Source of the DNA: an uncultured virus (IMG/VR IMGVR_UViG_3300010352_002076)
Taxonomy: Duplodnaviria > Heunggongvirae > Uroviricota > Caudoviricetes
Length of the DNA stretch: 60,862 nucleotides
Reading direction: 5' to 3' (one strand)
IMG/VR virus record: IMGVR_UViG_3300010352_002076
Each line of letters starts with the position of its first letter. Positions within the stretch are counted from its first letter, which is position 1. Of this stretch, positions 34,221 through 43,886 are shown piece after piece. A program made the translations under genes and the position numbers. The notes under the pieces are model-generated. The model had not been told where the DNA came from, ran no database searches, and saw only the letters and a list, made by a program, of their open reading frames with translations.

Positions 34221-34500
34221 GGGACATGCTCTGTTTCGCGGTGATCATCAAGGAGGGGAACACGGAGCGGAGCACTGGTTCAGCGTCGAGCTTACCCTGG
34301 AGTTCCTCGGCGAGAACGGCTAAGGTTCGGAGGACGCGGCCGCGCTCGCAGCTGGAGCACTCCGTGGGCCCCTCGAGCTTGGCCGCGGCCTCGGCGGCGC
34401 GGGCCCGGATGTCCGCGAGCTCCGGGGCGAGCCCGTCGAGCAATGGGGATTCCAGGGCAACGAGGACCTCAAGCGGGTTCGGGGCAGTCGCAGTGGTCAT
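34213..34500 (-). CDS. hypothetical protein (95 aa, CSSC)
   Basis: ATGA overlap. Confidence 0.6.
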   Translation of the reverse strand: MTTATAPNPLEVLVALESPLLDGLAPELADIRARAAEAAAKLEGPTECSSCERGRVLRTLAVLAEELQGKLDAEPVLRSVFPSLMITAKQSMSHG

Positions 34501-35384
34501 GTCTTATATGCCTTCCACTGGTTCGGGGACCCCGGAGTCACGAGAACCAGGGCGACGCGGTCTCCGCAGAGCACTGGGGACTGGCTGCCGTTCTTGACGT
34601 GCTGCAGGGAGCCTGGGGCGCCGGATCCGGAGCCGATCGGGGAGCCCGCGGCGACGAGGAGCCCGTCAACATCGACGAGCACGGGAATGTTCTCGTCGTA
34701 GTCGAAGGAGCAGCTGGAGCACGCCAACGAGGTGAGCCAGTTCTGCGCCATATCCTTGATGACGAAGTTGTAGCCGCCGATGGTGTTGCGACCCGTTGGA
34801 CCCGTAGGTCCGATTCCCGTGGGCCCCGTGGCGCCGCGGGGACCCGTGGGCCCGACACCGCCGCCACCACCGAAGAGGACGCCACCGAGCACGAACCCAA
34901 CGCCGCAGCCCGTGCCGGTCTGGGTGACGTCGATGGAGCCGATGACCGTGGCGCCGCCGTCCCGAATCGGGCCCCCGGAGATCGAGGGGATAATGCACGG
35001 CAGCTTGAGGAGGTCGGTCCACTTGATCTGGCAGGCGTCATCGGCGGGCTGCGTGACCTCGCGAGTCCAGGAGGCGTCGCCAGCGGTGCCCGGGATCATC
35101 TGGACCGTCGGCGACGGGGCCACCACGGTGGGGCAGTGCACCCCGATCGAGGGCGGCACCGGGAACAGGTTCCTGATGCGCAAGAAGGCGAACCGGAGCG
35201 TTCCCAGGGGCTCCGTGGGCAGCGCGAAGACCCTGACCCGGATCAGGCCAGGGAACGGCCAGCACGCCTTGGCCTCGACCATCCCGGGGTCCACGCAGCC
35301 CCCGGCCGGGGCATGGGACACCACGGGGTACCCAGGCCCGGAGAGGTCCGGCAGCGGCGTGTTGTACAGGTCAGGCAGTGGCAC
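34497..35384 (-). CDS. tail fibre-related protein with short collagen-like repeat
   Basis: GPTGPRGATGPTGIGPTGPTG; position at end of baseplate genes. Confidence 0.55.
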   Translation of the reverse strand: MPLPDLYNTPLPDLSGPGYPVVSHAPAGGCVDPGMVEAKACWPFPGLIRVRVFALPTEPLGTLRFAFLRIRNLFPVPPSIGVHCPTVVAPSPTVQMIPGTAGDASWTREVTQPADDACQIKWTDLLKLPCIIPSISGGPIRDGGATVIGSIDVTQTGTGCGVGFVLGGVLFGGGGGVGPTGPRGATGPTGIGPTGPTGRNTIGGYNFVIKDMAQNWLTSLACSSCSFDYDENIPVLVDVDGLLVAAGSPIGSGSGAPGSLQHVKNGSQSPVLCGDRVALVLVTPGSPNQWKAYKT

Positions 35385-36408
35385 GGTTCAGCTTCTCGGG
35401 GTGCACGACAAAATACAGGGTGTGATCACCTGGAGAAGGCAGGACGTCAATCGCGGCGCCCCTGACGAACTCGAGGTTCTCACCCTGGACCCCGTTGATG
35501 GACTTCAGGGCCAGCAGGGAGGGCACCCCGGGTGGGCATCCCGGTACGGCCCCGCACCACGGCCCCAGCCCGGCGCCGAGGACATAGTTGACGCGGAGGA
35601 CACCGTCCCTGATGGATCCTGTGAGCTTGATGTTGTAGCCCGCGGCGACGTCGGCACCGATCGCGGCGGCGCCGGCCGGCACGGCGTCGTAGCCGGGGTA
35701 CGCTGGGAGCGCGTCTGCGACCACGATCTCGCGGGTCGTCACCGTAGTTGTGGCGCCGGTTCGATATGTCGTAACGTTCTGCGTCGGGTCCGGGATCGGT
35801 ACCGGAACCACGGTGGTCCCCTCGGGGTCCGGGGATACGTGGTCCTGTGGGACCGGGGCCGGCGGGACCACGGCGATCTCGACGCACCGCGCCACGGTGT
35901 CAGCGGTCCTGCCCTGGAAGGAGAACGACGACGAGGCACCCAGGGACTCCTGCTCCACGGTATCGCCGCGGCACGGGGCGTTGGCGAGCCGGAACGAGAC
36001 CGTGTTGTTGGCCTCGAGGTAGCGCAGCACCGTGGGTTCCACGAGCTCGCTGTAGGTCCCACTGGGAACCGCGGCATCGCCGAGGACGACCCAGCCGTAG
36101 CCCTGGCCCGGGGCCGCGACGCCAGCGACGTTGTAGAAGTCGAGGCGGACGCGCTCATAGAGCGCCGGGCTCACCGGGATCGTGCCGCGAAACGAGGCCC
36201 CAGCCATGGGCCCCGTGAGCACGTCGAAACGGACCGAGGTGCCACCCAGGGACACCAGGGCCACGGCACCGGGGTCGCTGAGCGCCTCCGACGCCGAGGT
36301 GATCCGCAGGGCGAGATCCACGAAGATCCGGGGATCCAAGACAGTCCCGGGCTGAAACGGGAAGGCCCGGATCAGGTTGTCGCCGTAGAACTGGTTCTGA
36401 GAAATCAT
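35371..36408 (-). CDS. baseplate/tail-fibre paralog 5
   Basis: FYGDNLIRAFPF...PRIFVDL...LKSINGV. Confidence 0.6.
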   Translation of the reverse strand: MISQNQFYGDNLIRAFPFQPGTVLDPRIFVDLALRITSASEALSDPGAVALVSLGGTSVRFDVLTGPMAGASFRGTIPVSPALYERVRLDFYNVAGVAAPGQGYGWVVLGDAAVPSGTYSELVEPTVLRYLEANNTVSFRLANAPCRGDTVEQESLGASSSFSFQGRTADTVARCVEIAVVPPAPVPQDHVSPDPEGTTVVPVPIPDPTQNVTTYRTGATTTVTTREIVVADALPAYPGYDAVPAGAAAIGADVAAGYNIKLTGSIRDGVLRVNYVLGAGLGPWCGAVPGCPPGVPSLLALKSINGVQGENLEFVRGAAIDVLPSPGDHTLYFVVHPEKLNRATA

Positions 36409-37106
36409 CCCGTGACCTCGACGCGGATCTTGCCGTTGCCCAGCGGAATGAAGTTCAGCCGGAACTGCGCCGAGCTGCCAGCTGGGACCACGTTGATGTT
36501 GCCGTTGGCGTCAGGCAGGACCCCGTTGACAGCCACGTAGGTCCGGCGCGGGCCCGTGCGGCCGGCGTAGGGATCTCCATAGGCGTGTACCGCGAACCCA
36601 TCGACGGTCGCAGCGAGCTGGATCCCGTCGGCGCCGACGAGCCAGACCTCTCCGGTCAGGACTTCGCCACCGGGGACCACGATGCCGCGACGCCAGGCCG
36701 GATCGGAGAACACGAGAACGTGCGGGACCACGGCGGTCCGGAACACGTAGGTGCCCGTGGTCCAGTTCAGGACGCCGCGCATCGCGTTGACGTCGAAGGC
36801 GAGGAAGCCCGCGTTGACGCCGTCGGCGCTGACCCCGACCTGCGTGGTATCTGCCGGCGTCACCGTCGCGGTTCCCAGCACGGTTCCGGTGACATCTGTG
36901 AAGGAGAACGTCGCGGAGACACCCTGAACCACGGTGACGGTGTAGAGCAGAACGGCCTCGGTGCCGGCGCTCACGAACAGGGCGAGATCGGTGATGACGT
37001 CGGGCCCGAGCTCGGTGCCGTCCTCAGCCCGAATCGGGCCAGCTACGGCGAAGGGGTACGAAAGGCCGCGCAGGGAGTCCTGCCAGGTCTGACCGGAGAT
37101 CTTCAT
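36405..37106 (-). CDS. baseplate/tail-fibre paralog 4
   Basis: WQDSLRGLSYPF...PDVITDL...VNGVLPDANGNINV. Confidence 0.6.
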   Translation of the reverse strand: MKISGQTWQDSLRGLSYPFAVAGPIRAEDGTELGPDVITDLALFVSAGTEAVLLYTVTVVQGVSATFSFTDVTGTVLGTATVTPADTTQVGVSADGVNAGFLAFDVNAMRGVLNWTTGTYVFRTAVVPHVLVFSDPAWRRGIVVPGGEVLTGEVWLVGADGIQLAATVDGFAVHAYGDPYAGRTGPRRTYVAVNGVLPDANGNINVVPAGSSAQFRLNFIPLGNGKIRVEVTG

Positions 37107-37834
37107 GCGCAGGGCTCTCCGTGGTCCAGAACCGTGATGGCGTGGTTCGTAGCATCAGGCACCACGTCGACATCGGCCTCGGTGGGGAGCTCCTTGATGA
37201 CCACCATGGCGAGATCCAGTGGTGGCGGGATTCCGTTGATGCTGCGAACCGCGGGAGCCGGGAGGTCGGCCTCAGCGGACTTGAACGCGGCGCCAACGGG
37301 CTCCCCGCGGACGGCCTCTACGAGGCGGAACACGGCGGCTCGACGCGTGCCGACGCCCTGGATCACGACATTCTCGGCCGTGATGGAGACGTCGCTGCCG
37401 GCCTCCAGGGTGACACGTCCGAAGAGCTCGCGACCCTGGACCGTGAGCGTCGGGGTCAGCGGCGCCGAGTCGAAGAGGACAGCCGCGGAGTCCACGACCC
37501 CGTAGGTCCCGGTGACGTTGAGGCGCCGGCGCCGGATCCCGGATCCGAACACGACGAAGCCGGAGACCCCCGTGGCGATGGGTTCCAGCTGAACCGAGGA
37601 CTGCACGAGATCTTCAGAGTTCGTCACGGTGGCGTAGCAGGCCGGGGTCCCGTCGAGGCTGAACACCACGGAGACCACGAGGTCTGTAACCGCGATCGAG
37701 GTCAGTGTGAGGCGTGTACCCACCGCAGACGGCGCGTACACCATGACATCCACGAGGATGTCATGTGGCACGAGCCCGTCGTCGTCGCCGACCAAGGGGT
37801 ACGATTTCCGTTCGTTGTCGTCGAACCAGGTCAT
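37103..37834 (-). CDS. baseplate/tail-fibre paralog 3
   Basis: Start re-picked MTWFDDNERKSYPL...PHDILVDV...VRSINGIPP. Confidence 0.6.
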   Translation of the reverse strand: MTWFDDNERKSYPLVGDDDGLVPHDILVDVMVYAPSAVGTRLTLTSIAVTDLVVSVVFSLDGTPACYATVTNSEDLVQSSVQLEPIATGVSGFVVFGSGIRRRRLNVTGTYGVVDSAAVLFDSAPLTPTLTVQGRELFGRVTLEAGSDVSITAENVVIQGVGTRRAAVFRLVEAVRGEPVGAAFKSAEADLPAPAVRSINGIPPPLDLAMVVIKELPTEADVDVVPDATNHAITVLDHGEPCA

Positions 37835-39117
37835 GGCGGCACCGATGACAGCGGAGCCCCGAAGAGCTCGATCGTGGGGGTCAGCAGCTTCGTGATGCTG
37901 GCAGGGGCCGGCAACGGTGCAGGTCCGCCGGTGAACGTCACCGTGGCGGCCAGACGCCACGACGACGAGACCGGGGCGCCGACTGCCACTGACATGCGCT
38001 GGAGCTCCGTGTTGAACCCGACGCTGTCTTGCGGATCCAGGTCGAACGTCACGTTGCCGGGGAACCCGGCAAAGGATGCGAACGGGGCTCCGCCGCTCAG
38101 CGTCTTCGTAACCAGCAGGGAGTGCGGCGACATCGTGAGCTGGGACTGGACCGCGGGGTCCAGGATGGTCATGGTCAGGCTGACGCTGATGGTGTGCAGG
38201 GTGTTGTTGACGACGGCGACGTAGACCTGGTTGAAGTAGGGCCGGTTGAAGACACGGCCCACGAAGTCGATGAAGCCGCTGGGCACCGAGATGTCCGCAC
38301 CGCTCTGCACTGCGGCGGTCTTGGCGTTGGCGGCGGCCACGGCGTTCTGGTACCGGTTGAACTGGTCGACGTGAATCGCCCCGAGCTGGTGGTAGTAGCT
38401 GGCCTGTGCCGTCAGCTTGGTTTGCAGGGCATCGATATCCTCGCAGTGCACGCAGGGATCACAGAAGTTCATGAGGTGCAGGAGCCCCGGGGTCCCCGGG
38501 ACCGGCACGAGTCGGTAGCAGCCGGCAGCATCGATGTGCAGGGATCCCGAGCTGTCCGCAGAGGCGCCACCCAGGGCGAAGAGGCGTGCCGCGGCGGGGC
38601 CGCCGCCGCAGTCGACGCGGTCCGCGGGATCCTGGAACGCCAAGGTGACGGCGCCGTCGGTCTCCTGCGTCGCGACGCAGTAGTCCGGGAGCTCCAGAAC
38701 GACGTCACCCTGGAGCCCCTGCAGCGTGTTCAGGCCGGATGAGGTCTCATAGCACGCCGACGCCACCAAGGTGGCAGGCGCCGGCAGGGCTCCGATGCTG
38801 CCGATGCGTTCCGTGGCCAGCATGAACCGCGCCGTGGCCCCCGTGGTGCCGTCTGTCATGGAGACGAACTCGAACGCGCCGATCGTGACCACGGTGCATC
38901 CCGTGGTGTCCAAGAAGACGCCGTTGGCTCCTGAGATCCGGAGCCGGAAGTTGGCGGCCATGGCCGGGTACTGCGGGTCGAAGAGCTCGACGACGTATGG
39001 GCCCGGTTGGTCGCTGACCACGGCTGCGTCGCCGACGGCGGCGGTCAAGGACAGCTCGGTGCCATCCTCGAACGGGTACGCCAGCTCCAGATTGTTTTCG
39101 AGGAAGGGAGTCATCAC
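37831..39117 (-). CDS. baseplate/tail-fibre paralog 2
   Basis: FLENNLELAYPF...LGGASADSSGSLHI...CDPCVHC plus coiled coil. Confidence 0.6.
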   Translation of the reverse strand: MMTPFLENNLELAYPFEDGTELSLTAAVGDAAVVSDQPGPYVVELFDPQYPAMAANFRLRISGANGVFLDTTGCTVVTIGAFEFVSMTDGTTGATARFMLATERIGSIGALPAPATLVASACYETSSGLNTLQGLQGDVVLELPDYCVATQETDGAVTLAFQDPADRVDCGGGPAAARLFALGGASADSSGSLHIDAAGCYRLVPVPGTPGLLHLMNFCDPCVHCEDIDALQTKLTAQASYYHQLGAIHVDQFNRYQNAVAAANAKTAAVQSGADISVPSGFIDFVGRVFNRPYFNQVYVAVVNNTLHTISVSLTMTILDPAVQSQLTMSPHSLLVTKTLSGGAPFASFAGFPGNVTFDLDPQDSVGFNTELQRMSVAVGAPVSSSWRLAATVTFTGGPAPLPAPASITKLLTPTIELFGAPLSSVPP

Positions 39118-40004
39118 TGAACCAGCCAGGACTCCACGCTGCGCGTCGAGCTCTCGAGCTGGGCAGCCTTGTTGGCGAGATCAGCGAGGAAGCGATCCAG
39201 GGCCTGAACGTTCTCAGCGATGGCGGCCATCTCGACGTCGCCGCAGCAGGGTTCCGCGCAGCGATCCGTCAGGACGAGGCCACCATTTCCAGCTGTGATC
39301 TCAGGGCACCCGATCGGGGTGATCGTGATGGCGCCGGAGCCGTCAGGGACGACCCCGTTGATGCTGCGGATCGCGGGGCGGCTCTGGCCACCGGGATCCG
39401 CGGCGCCACAGGGGTCCCCGATGATGACCCCGGAGTCCATGCCCACCGTGATGGTCTGTCCCAGGACCGTCAGCGCGGCGTTGTTGCCGGCGGCGATGAC
39501 CGCGGCGCCGACCAGGGCGACTTCACCGCCGAAGCTGTCCCGGATCGTCAGCGAGGTCACTCCGGTCTGCGCCGGCGTGATCAAGGTGGGCAGGATGCGC
39601 GTCGCGGCGAGGTCGAAGGTGAAGTCGGCGAGGCCGGCCGCCATGAGCGCTGCGGCGTAGCTGAAGACGATGACCCCGGTGATGGAGAGGTGGCCTGGCA
39701 GCCCAACGATGCGGTAGGGCTGGAACTCCTCGAAGCCGGCGCTGGGCACCACGGCAGTGGCGACATCTCCGGTCCCGTCCACGGCAACGGTCACGAGGAC
39801 GCCGGAGCCGAAGGCCTGGAGACGTCGGATATAGAACTTCGTGGGATCGTAGCTCAGCGCAGCCGAGATCCGGAGATCCACGATGAGGTTGTTCGGGAGC
39901 TCATAGGCCCCGGCGGTGTCGAGACGGGTGACCCCGTCCATGAGCGGGTAGACCCGCTCAGAGTTCTGGTCGTACCAGTTCGGATTGATCAGCGTAGCGG
40001 GCAC
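39114..40004 (-). CDS. baseplate/tail-fibre paralog 1
   Basis: WYDQNSERVYPL...PNNLIVDL...IRSINGVVPDGSGAITI...CAEPCC plus coiled coil. Confidence 0.6.
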   Translation of the reverse strand: MPATLINPNWYDQNSERVYPLMDGVTRLDTAGAYELPNNLIVDLRISAALSYDPTKFYIRRLQAFGSGVLVTVAVDGTGDVATAVVPSAGFEEFQPYRIVGLPGHLSITGVIVFSYAAALMAAGLADFTFDLAATRILPTLITPAQTGVTSLTIRDSFGGEVALVGAAVIAAGNNAALTVLGQTITVGMDSGVIIGDPCGAADPGGQSRPAIRSINGVVPDGSGAITITPIGCPEITAGNGGLVLTDRCAEPCCGDVEMAAIAENVQALDRFLADLANKAAQLESSTRSVESWLVQ

Positions 40005-40024
40005 GACATCTCCTCAGGAGGGAA

Positions 40025-41845
40025 TCACGGCGCGAGGAGCTTGTACTCCAGCCGCGGAATCGAGATGGTCCCAGCGAAGCTGTCCGTGGTCCCGAGACGG
40101 GTCACCCGGATCAGCACGATGCTGCCAGCCGGCACCGTCGGAAGCACGAAGGGGTACCCCACAGCATCCGGGTTGGTCCTGGAGTAGCGGCCCGCGACGA
40201 GGGAGTTGATACCTGTCGTCGCTGCGGTGACCTGGGCCAGCGAGGTCCAGGATGTCGGCAGCAGGGCCGGCGCCGCGGGGGTCGCCGGCGGGACCACCTT
40301 GTAGTCGATCTGGATCGCGTTGCTGGTCGGCAGGGCTCCGTTGCTGCTGCTGTAGATCCACAGCGCCAGCGACATCTTCGAGACCGACAGCGCCGAGGGG
40401 CTCACGTCCACGGTGAACACGGGGGCAGCGACGCGACCCGGGAGCAGGCTGACAGCCTGGACGCCCTCGATGCTGTCGACCCGGGCGTTGGCGAGGTCGG
40501 CGACAGCAGCGATGCCCTGGCTCAGGGCGCTGTCCGTGAGGGTCAGCGTGACGACGCCATGGAGCCCGTCGGCGCTGGTGCCAGCAGTGGCCTGGGCACT
40601 GAGGCCGCCGGCGACCTTGATACGACTCACCACGGGGCCGCGGCTGAACACGGGACCAGTGATCTGCTTCACCGCGAAGGCACCCTCGTCGGCGACGGGA
40701 TCCACGGTGAGGGCGTCGATGATGAGCTGGAGGTCGCCGTCGGTGGCCTCGAGGCCGCCGGCCCGGACGAAGCGGCCCAGGAGGGCGCTCTGCTCCGAGA
40801 AGATCAGGCTGCGGACCAGGCCGCCGTCGGTGCCCATCAGGATTCGGCTGAACCAGAAGTCGATGCCGGGCTCCTGGGATGGTGCCGCCTGCATGCTGTC
40901 GGACCACGGCGCCGAGGTCTGGGCGCCGTTGATGTTCTCGGTCCACCAGATCCCGTACTCGTTGACGATGACCCGGCTGTCGGGCTGCACGAGGCCACCC
41001 TGAACGAAGACGTGGCTGTCCACGGGGACCGGCGGGAACATGGCACGCAGCGAGGCATCGCTGCTGTGGTTCAGGTTGTACCAGAACCCATTGGCGGCGT
41101 CGCCGGCGGTCCAGCCCGTGGGCCAGGTATCCGAGGCCTGGCCGTCCGCGGGGAGCCAGCCCCGGGCCGCCGGGTTCGGGATGTCGATGATCCACTTTCC
41201 GGTGCCGCCATCCTTGTGGACCTGGGCCACGTTGGTGGGATCCGTGACGGCAGGGAGCGGGGAGATCGCGAACTTGTGGTGGGTGTGGGCGCCGTAGTCC
41301 GGCGGCACGGCACGGATATAGAACACGCCGGAGCCGCTGAGCTGGCCGATGTAGACGCCGAGGCTGCCGGGGTTCCGGGACAGCTTGCCGCTCTGGGTGC
41401 TGGAGAGGTAGTAGTGCCCGGCCACGGCGGCACCGGTCCCGGTCTCCATGAGCCCGTTCCAGTCCGCCAGTGTGACCAGCTCGACGAAGCGACCGAAGGT
41501 GCCGATGTTGCCACGGGTCGCCGCGGTCTTCTCGATGACGATGCCGACGGCGAAGGCGGTGGGCAGCGCGGTGACGCTGGCATCCTGGCTCGTTGCCGAA
41601 GCCAGCGCGGGGCGATACGTGTTCGTCGCGGTGTCCAGGTAGACCGGGGTGCCGACCACGGTGGCGGCATCCAGATTGGCGTCCGGAACGATGACGAGCT
41701 GCTGGGCCCGCAGGGCGTCCGTGATCTCCTTGAGATACTGGGTGCGCTGGGCGAGGTCGTCGACGGGCTTCCGGGTCGCGGCGGCGTTGACGGGGTCCCC
41801 GTCAACGATCAGACGGACCAGTGCGGCCCAGGGCGTGGTGGCCAT
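40025..41845 (-). CDS. tail fibre / baseplate attachment protein (606 aa)
   Basis: N-terminal DGDPV...PVDDLAQRTQYLKE motif typical of myovirus fibre N-termini. Confidence 0.6.
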   Translation of the reverse strand: MATTPWAALVRLIVDGDPVNAAATRKPVDDLAQRTQYLKEITDALRAQQLVIVPDANLDAATVVGTPVYLDTATNTYRPALASATSQDASVTALPTAFAVGIVIEKTAATRGNIGTFGRFVELVTLADWNGLMETGTGAAVAGHYYLSSTQSGKLSRNPGSLGVYIGQLSGSGVFYIRAVPPDYGAHTHHKFAISPLPAVTDPTNVAQVHKDGGTGKWIIDIPNPAARGWLPADGQASDTWPTGWTAGDAANGFWYNLNHSSDASLRAMFPPVPVDSHVFVQGGLVQPDSRVIVNEYGIWWTENINGAQTSAPWSDSMQAAPSQEPGIDFWFSRILMGTDGGLVRSLIFSEQSALLGRFVRAGGLEATDGDLQLIIDALTVDPVADEGAFAVKQITGPVFSRGPVVSRIKVAGGLSAQATAGTSADGLHGVVTLTLTDSALSQGIAAVADLANARVDSIEGVQAVSLLPGRVAAPVFTVDVSPSALSVSKMSLALWIYSSSNGALPTSNAIQIDYKVVPPATPAAPALLPTSWTSLAQVTAATTGINSLVAGRYSRTNPDAVGYPFVLPTVPAGSIVLIRVTRLGTTDSFAGTISIPRLEYKLLAP

Positions 41846-42405
41846 TAGACGATCTCCGTGGACCAGGCTGAGGCGACCTGGGCTGAGCTACCCACGGGCA
41901 GGATGGGGCTCACGGCGGCGCGGGCATAGACCAGGGGGCCGCTGGCTGGCAGGGCGACCAGGGAGACCCCGATGATCTTGGAGCTGGAGCCGAAGGGCAC
42001 CGAGGCGCCATGGAGGAGCCCGTCGGTCCCGGAGGTCAGGGCGTGGTAGGTGCCCTTGTTGGCGGCGTAGTTGGCCCCGCTGGACGTCAGAACGGGGCTC
42101 GCGACGAGGAGGCCCAGCTTGATGTCGCGCTGCGCCGGGATCGTGGCTTCGGCCTGGACCGAGGCCGCAGTGTCGGCCCGGGCCGGGGTGATCGGGGCCG
42201 GGGACCCCGCGTTGCTGTACTCGAACCAGATCGCGGAGAGCCGGTAGTCCGCGAGGCCGGCCAGGGCCCCCGCGATGACGTCGGCGCCCTGATAGGTCAC
42301 GAGGTTACGAAGCTCCAGGACCTCGCCGGGGCGGTCCGGGAACCACAGCTTGAGGCGCCCGATGATGGAGTTGGCGTCGAGGCGGGAGGTGATCATGCGT
42401 TCCAT
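41845..42405 (-). CDS. baseplate/tail-collar protein (186 aa)
   Basis: NLVTYQG...LAG N-terminal pattern; position after wedge genes. Confidence 0.5.
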   Translation of the reverse strand: MERMITSRLDANSIIGRLKLWFPDRPGEVLELRNLVTYQGADVIAGALAGLADYRLSAIWFEYSNAGSPAPITPARADTAASVQAEATIPAQRDIKLGLLVASPVLTSSGANYAANKGTYHALTSGTDGLLHGASVPFGSSSKIIGVSLVALPASGPLVYARAAVSPILPVGSSAQVASAWSTEIV

Positions 42406-43886
42406 ACCATGGGCGGGTAGTCGGTCACGGCGGTCGCGGTGTCCAGGGTGTCCAGGAGCCCCAGGGCTGGGCAGATCGACACGGTGTCTGTGGTTCCGGC
42501 GGCGTCAAAGGTATCCGAGGTGTCGCCCAGGGCAATCTGGGTCAGCACGAGGACCCCGGCTGGGATCAGGGTGCGGATCCGGTCCAGGAAGCCGGTTTCG
42601 GTGGCCAGGAAGTCCCGCGGCTTCAGGAGGATGATGACGAGGCGCCCATTGAAGAAGTTGTTCACGAAGAACTCGGCCGGGTTCACGGGGTCCCCGGCCT
42701 TGGCCCCGGTGGCCTCACCGACCGTGGTGCCCTGGAGCCCTCGGGCGTGCACCGCGGCCCAGAACGCCTCGACGTCAGCCGGGGTCCCGATGAGCTCGAA
42801 CCGGAACTCGGGCCGGCCCGACACGGGGTCCTGGATCACGGTCCAGGTCGAGGGGGCATTGGGGGCCGTGACCACGGCGGTGCCGTCGATGAGTCCCCGG
42901 TTCAGGACGAGCCCGGCGAGACCCGTCAGGACATCCGGGAGCCCGTCGCTGACGTCGATGAGCTCCACGGTGTCGAAGATGCGCTGACCTGCGGTGAGGA
43001 CATCCCCGACGCTGACCACGGCCGAGGCCGTTGCCGCGGCGCGGTACACCGACTTCGAGGTCACCACGGCGAGGCCGTCGACATCGACCTCGATGCGCTC
43101 CACGGTCTCGTCGCCGACGACATAGGCGAGGCCGGCCGAGGCCAGGAGTCCGCGCCACAGGACATCCATGCTGGGGCCCTGGATCAGGGCGCGCCAGATC
43201 GCTTCCACGGTGGCGCGGTATGCCGGGGACGATGTCCCAGCGAGCTTGATGATGGAGCCGAAGCGGAGGAAGATGTCGTTCTGGTCGAAGCCGACGTTGC
43301 GGAGCCAGAGCACGATCTCACGGTCCTGCTTCGTGGTCCCATCGGCGGCCACGTAGGTCACCGGAGCCCCGCTGTTGTCGTAGAGCAGCCTGGCAGGCAC
43401 GGTGTCGAAGGGGTTCTCGTCGAAGCGGAGCACGGACTTCGTGGCGTCGAAGGAGCTGTTGGAGACGTCGAAGAGCGTGGATGTCACCCAGGGATTGTCG
43501 ACGACGAGCCCGATGCTCTTGATGGTTCCAGGGATGATCCAGCCATAGCTGTTCCGCTCGATCTGACCGTAGACGGTGCCGTCACCGAAGACGCGGCCGG
43601 AACCGTACACCACCAGGTTGGGCTCCTGGACCAGCCCGGACTCCCGGAGCTGAATCGCCCACCACTGCTGGGTCCTCAGGGGCTCCACGGTCAGCACGGA
43701 GGCCGTGCGGTCCATGGCATCGGCGTGAGTCAGGGCGTCAGCGTGGATCTCGTGGTGCGCGAACTCGTGGACCCGGAGGACATCACGATCTTCGACATAG
43801 TTCTTCCAGAACGTGCCGAGGAGATCGAAGAGAGCCCAGGGCTTCGTCGTCATCAGGGCCTGGATCTCCTGGGAATCAGGAAACAA
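42393..43886 (-). CDS. baseplate wedge subunit (497 aa)
   Basis: Directly downstream of the baseplate J-like gene; C-terminal LIPAG motif. Confidence 0.55.
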   Translation of the reverse strand: MFPDSQEIQALMTTKPWALFDLLGTFWKNYVEDRDVLRVHEFAHHEIHADALTHADAMDRTASVLTVEPLRTQQWWAIQLRESGLVQEPNLVVYGSGRVFGDGTVYGQIERNSYGWIIPGTIKSIGLVVDNPWVTSTLFDVSNSSFDATKSVLRFDENPFDTVPARLLYDNSGAPVTYVAADGTTKQDREIVLWLRNVGFDQNDIFLRFGSIIKLAGTSSPAYRATVEAIWRALIQGPSMDVLWRGLLASAGLAYVVGDETVERIEVDVDGLAVVTSKSVYRAAATASAVVSVGDVLTAGQRIFDTVELIDVSDGLPDVLTGLAGLVLNRGLIDGTAVVTAPNAPSTWTVIQDPVSGRPEFRFELIGTPADVEAFWAAVHARGLQGTTVGEATGAKAGDPVNPAEFFVNNFFNGRLVIILLKPRDFLATETGFLDRIRTLIPAGVLVLTQIALGDTSDTFDAAGTTDTVSICPALGLLDTLDTATAVTDYPPMVWNA

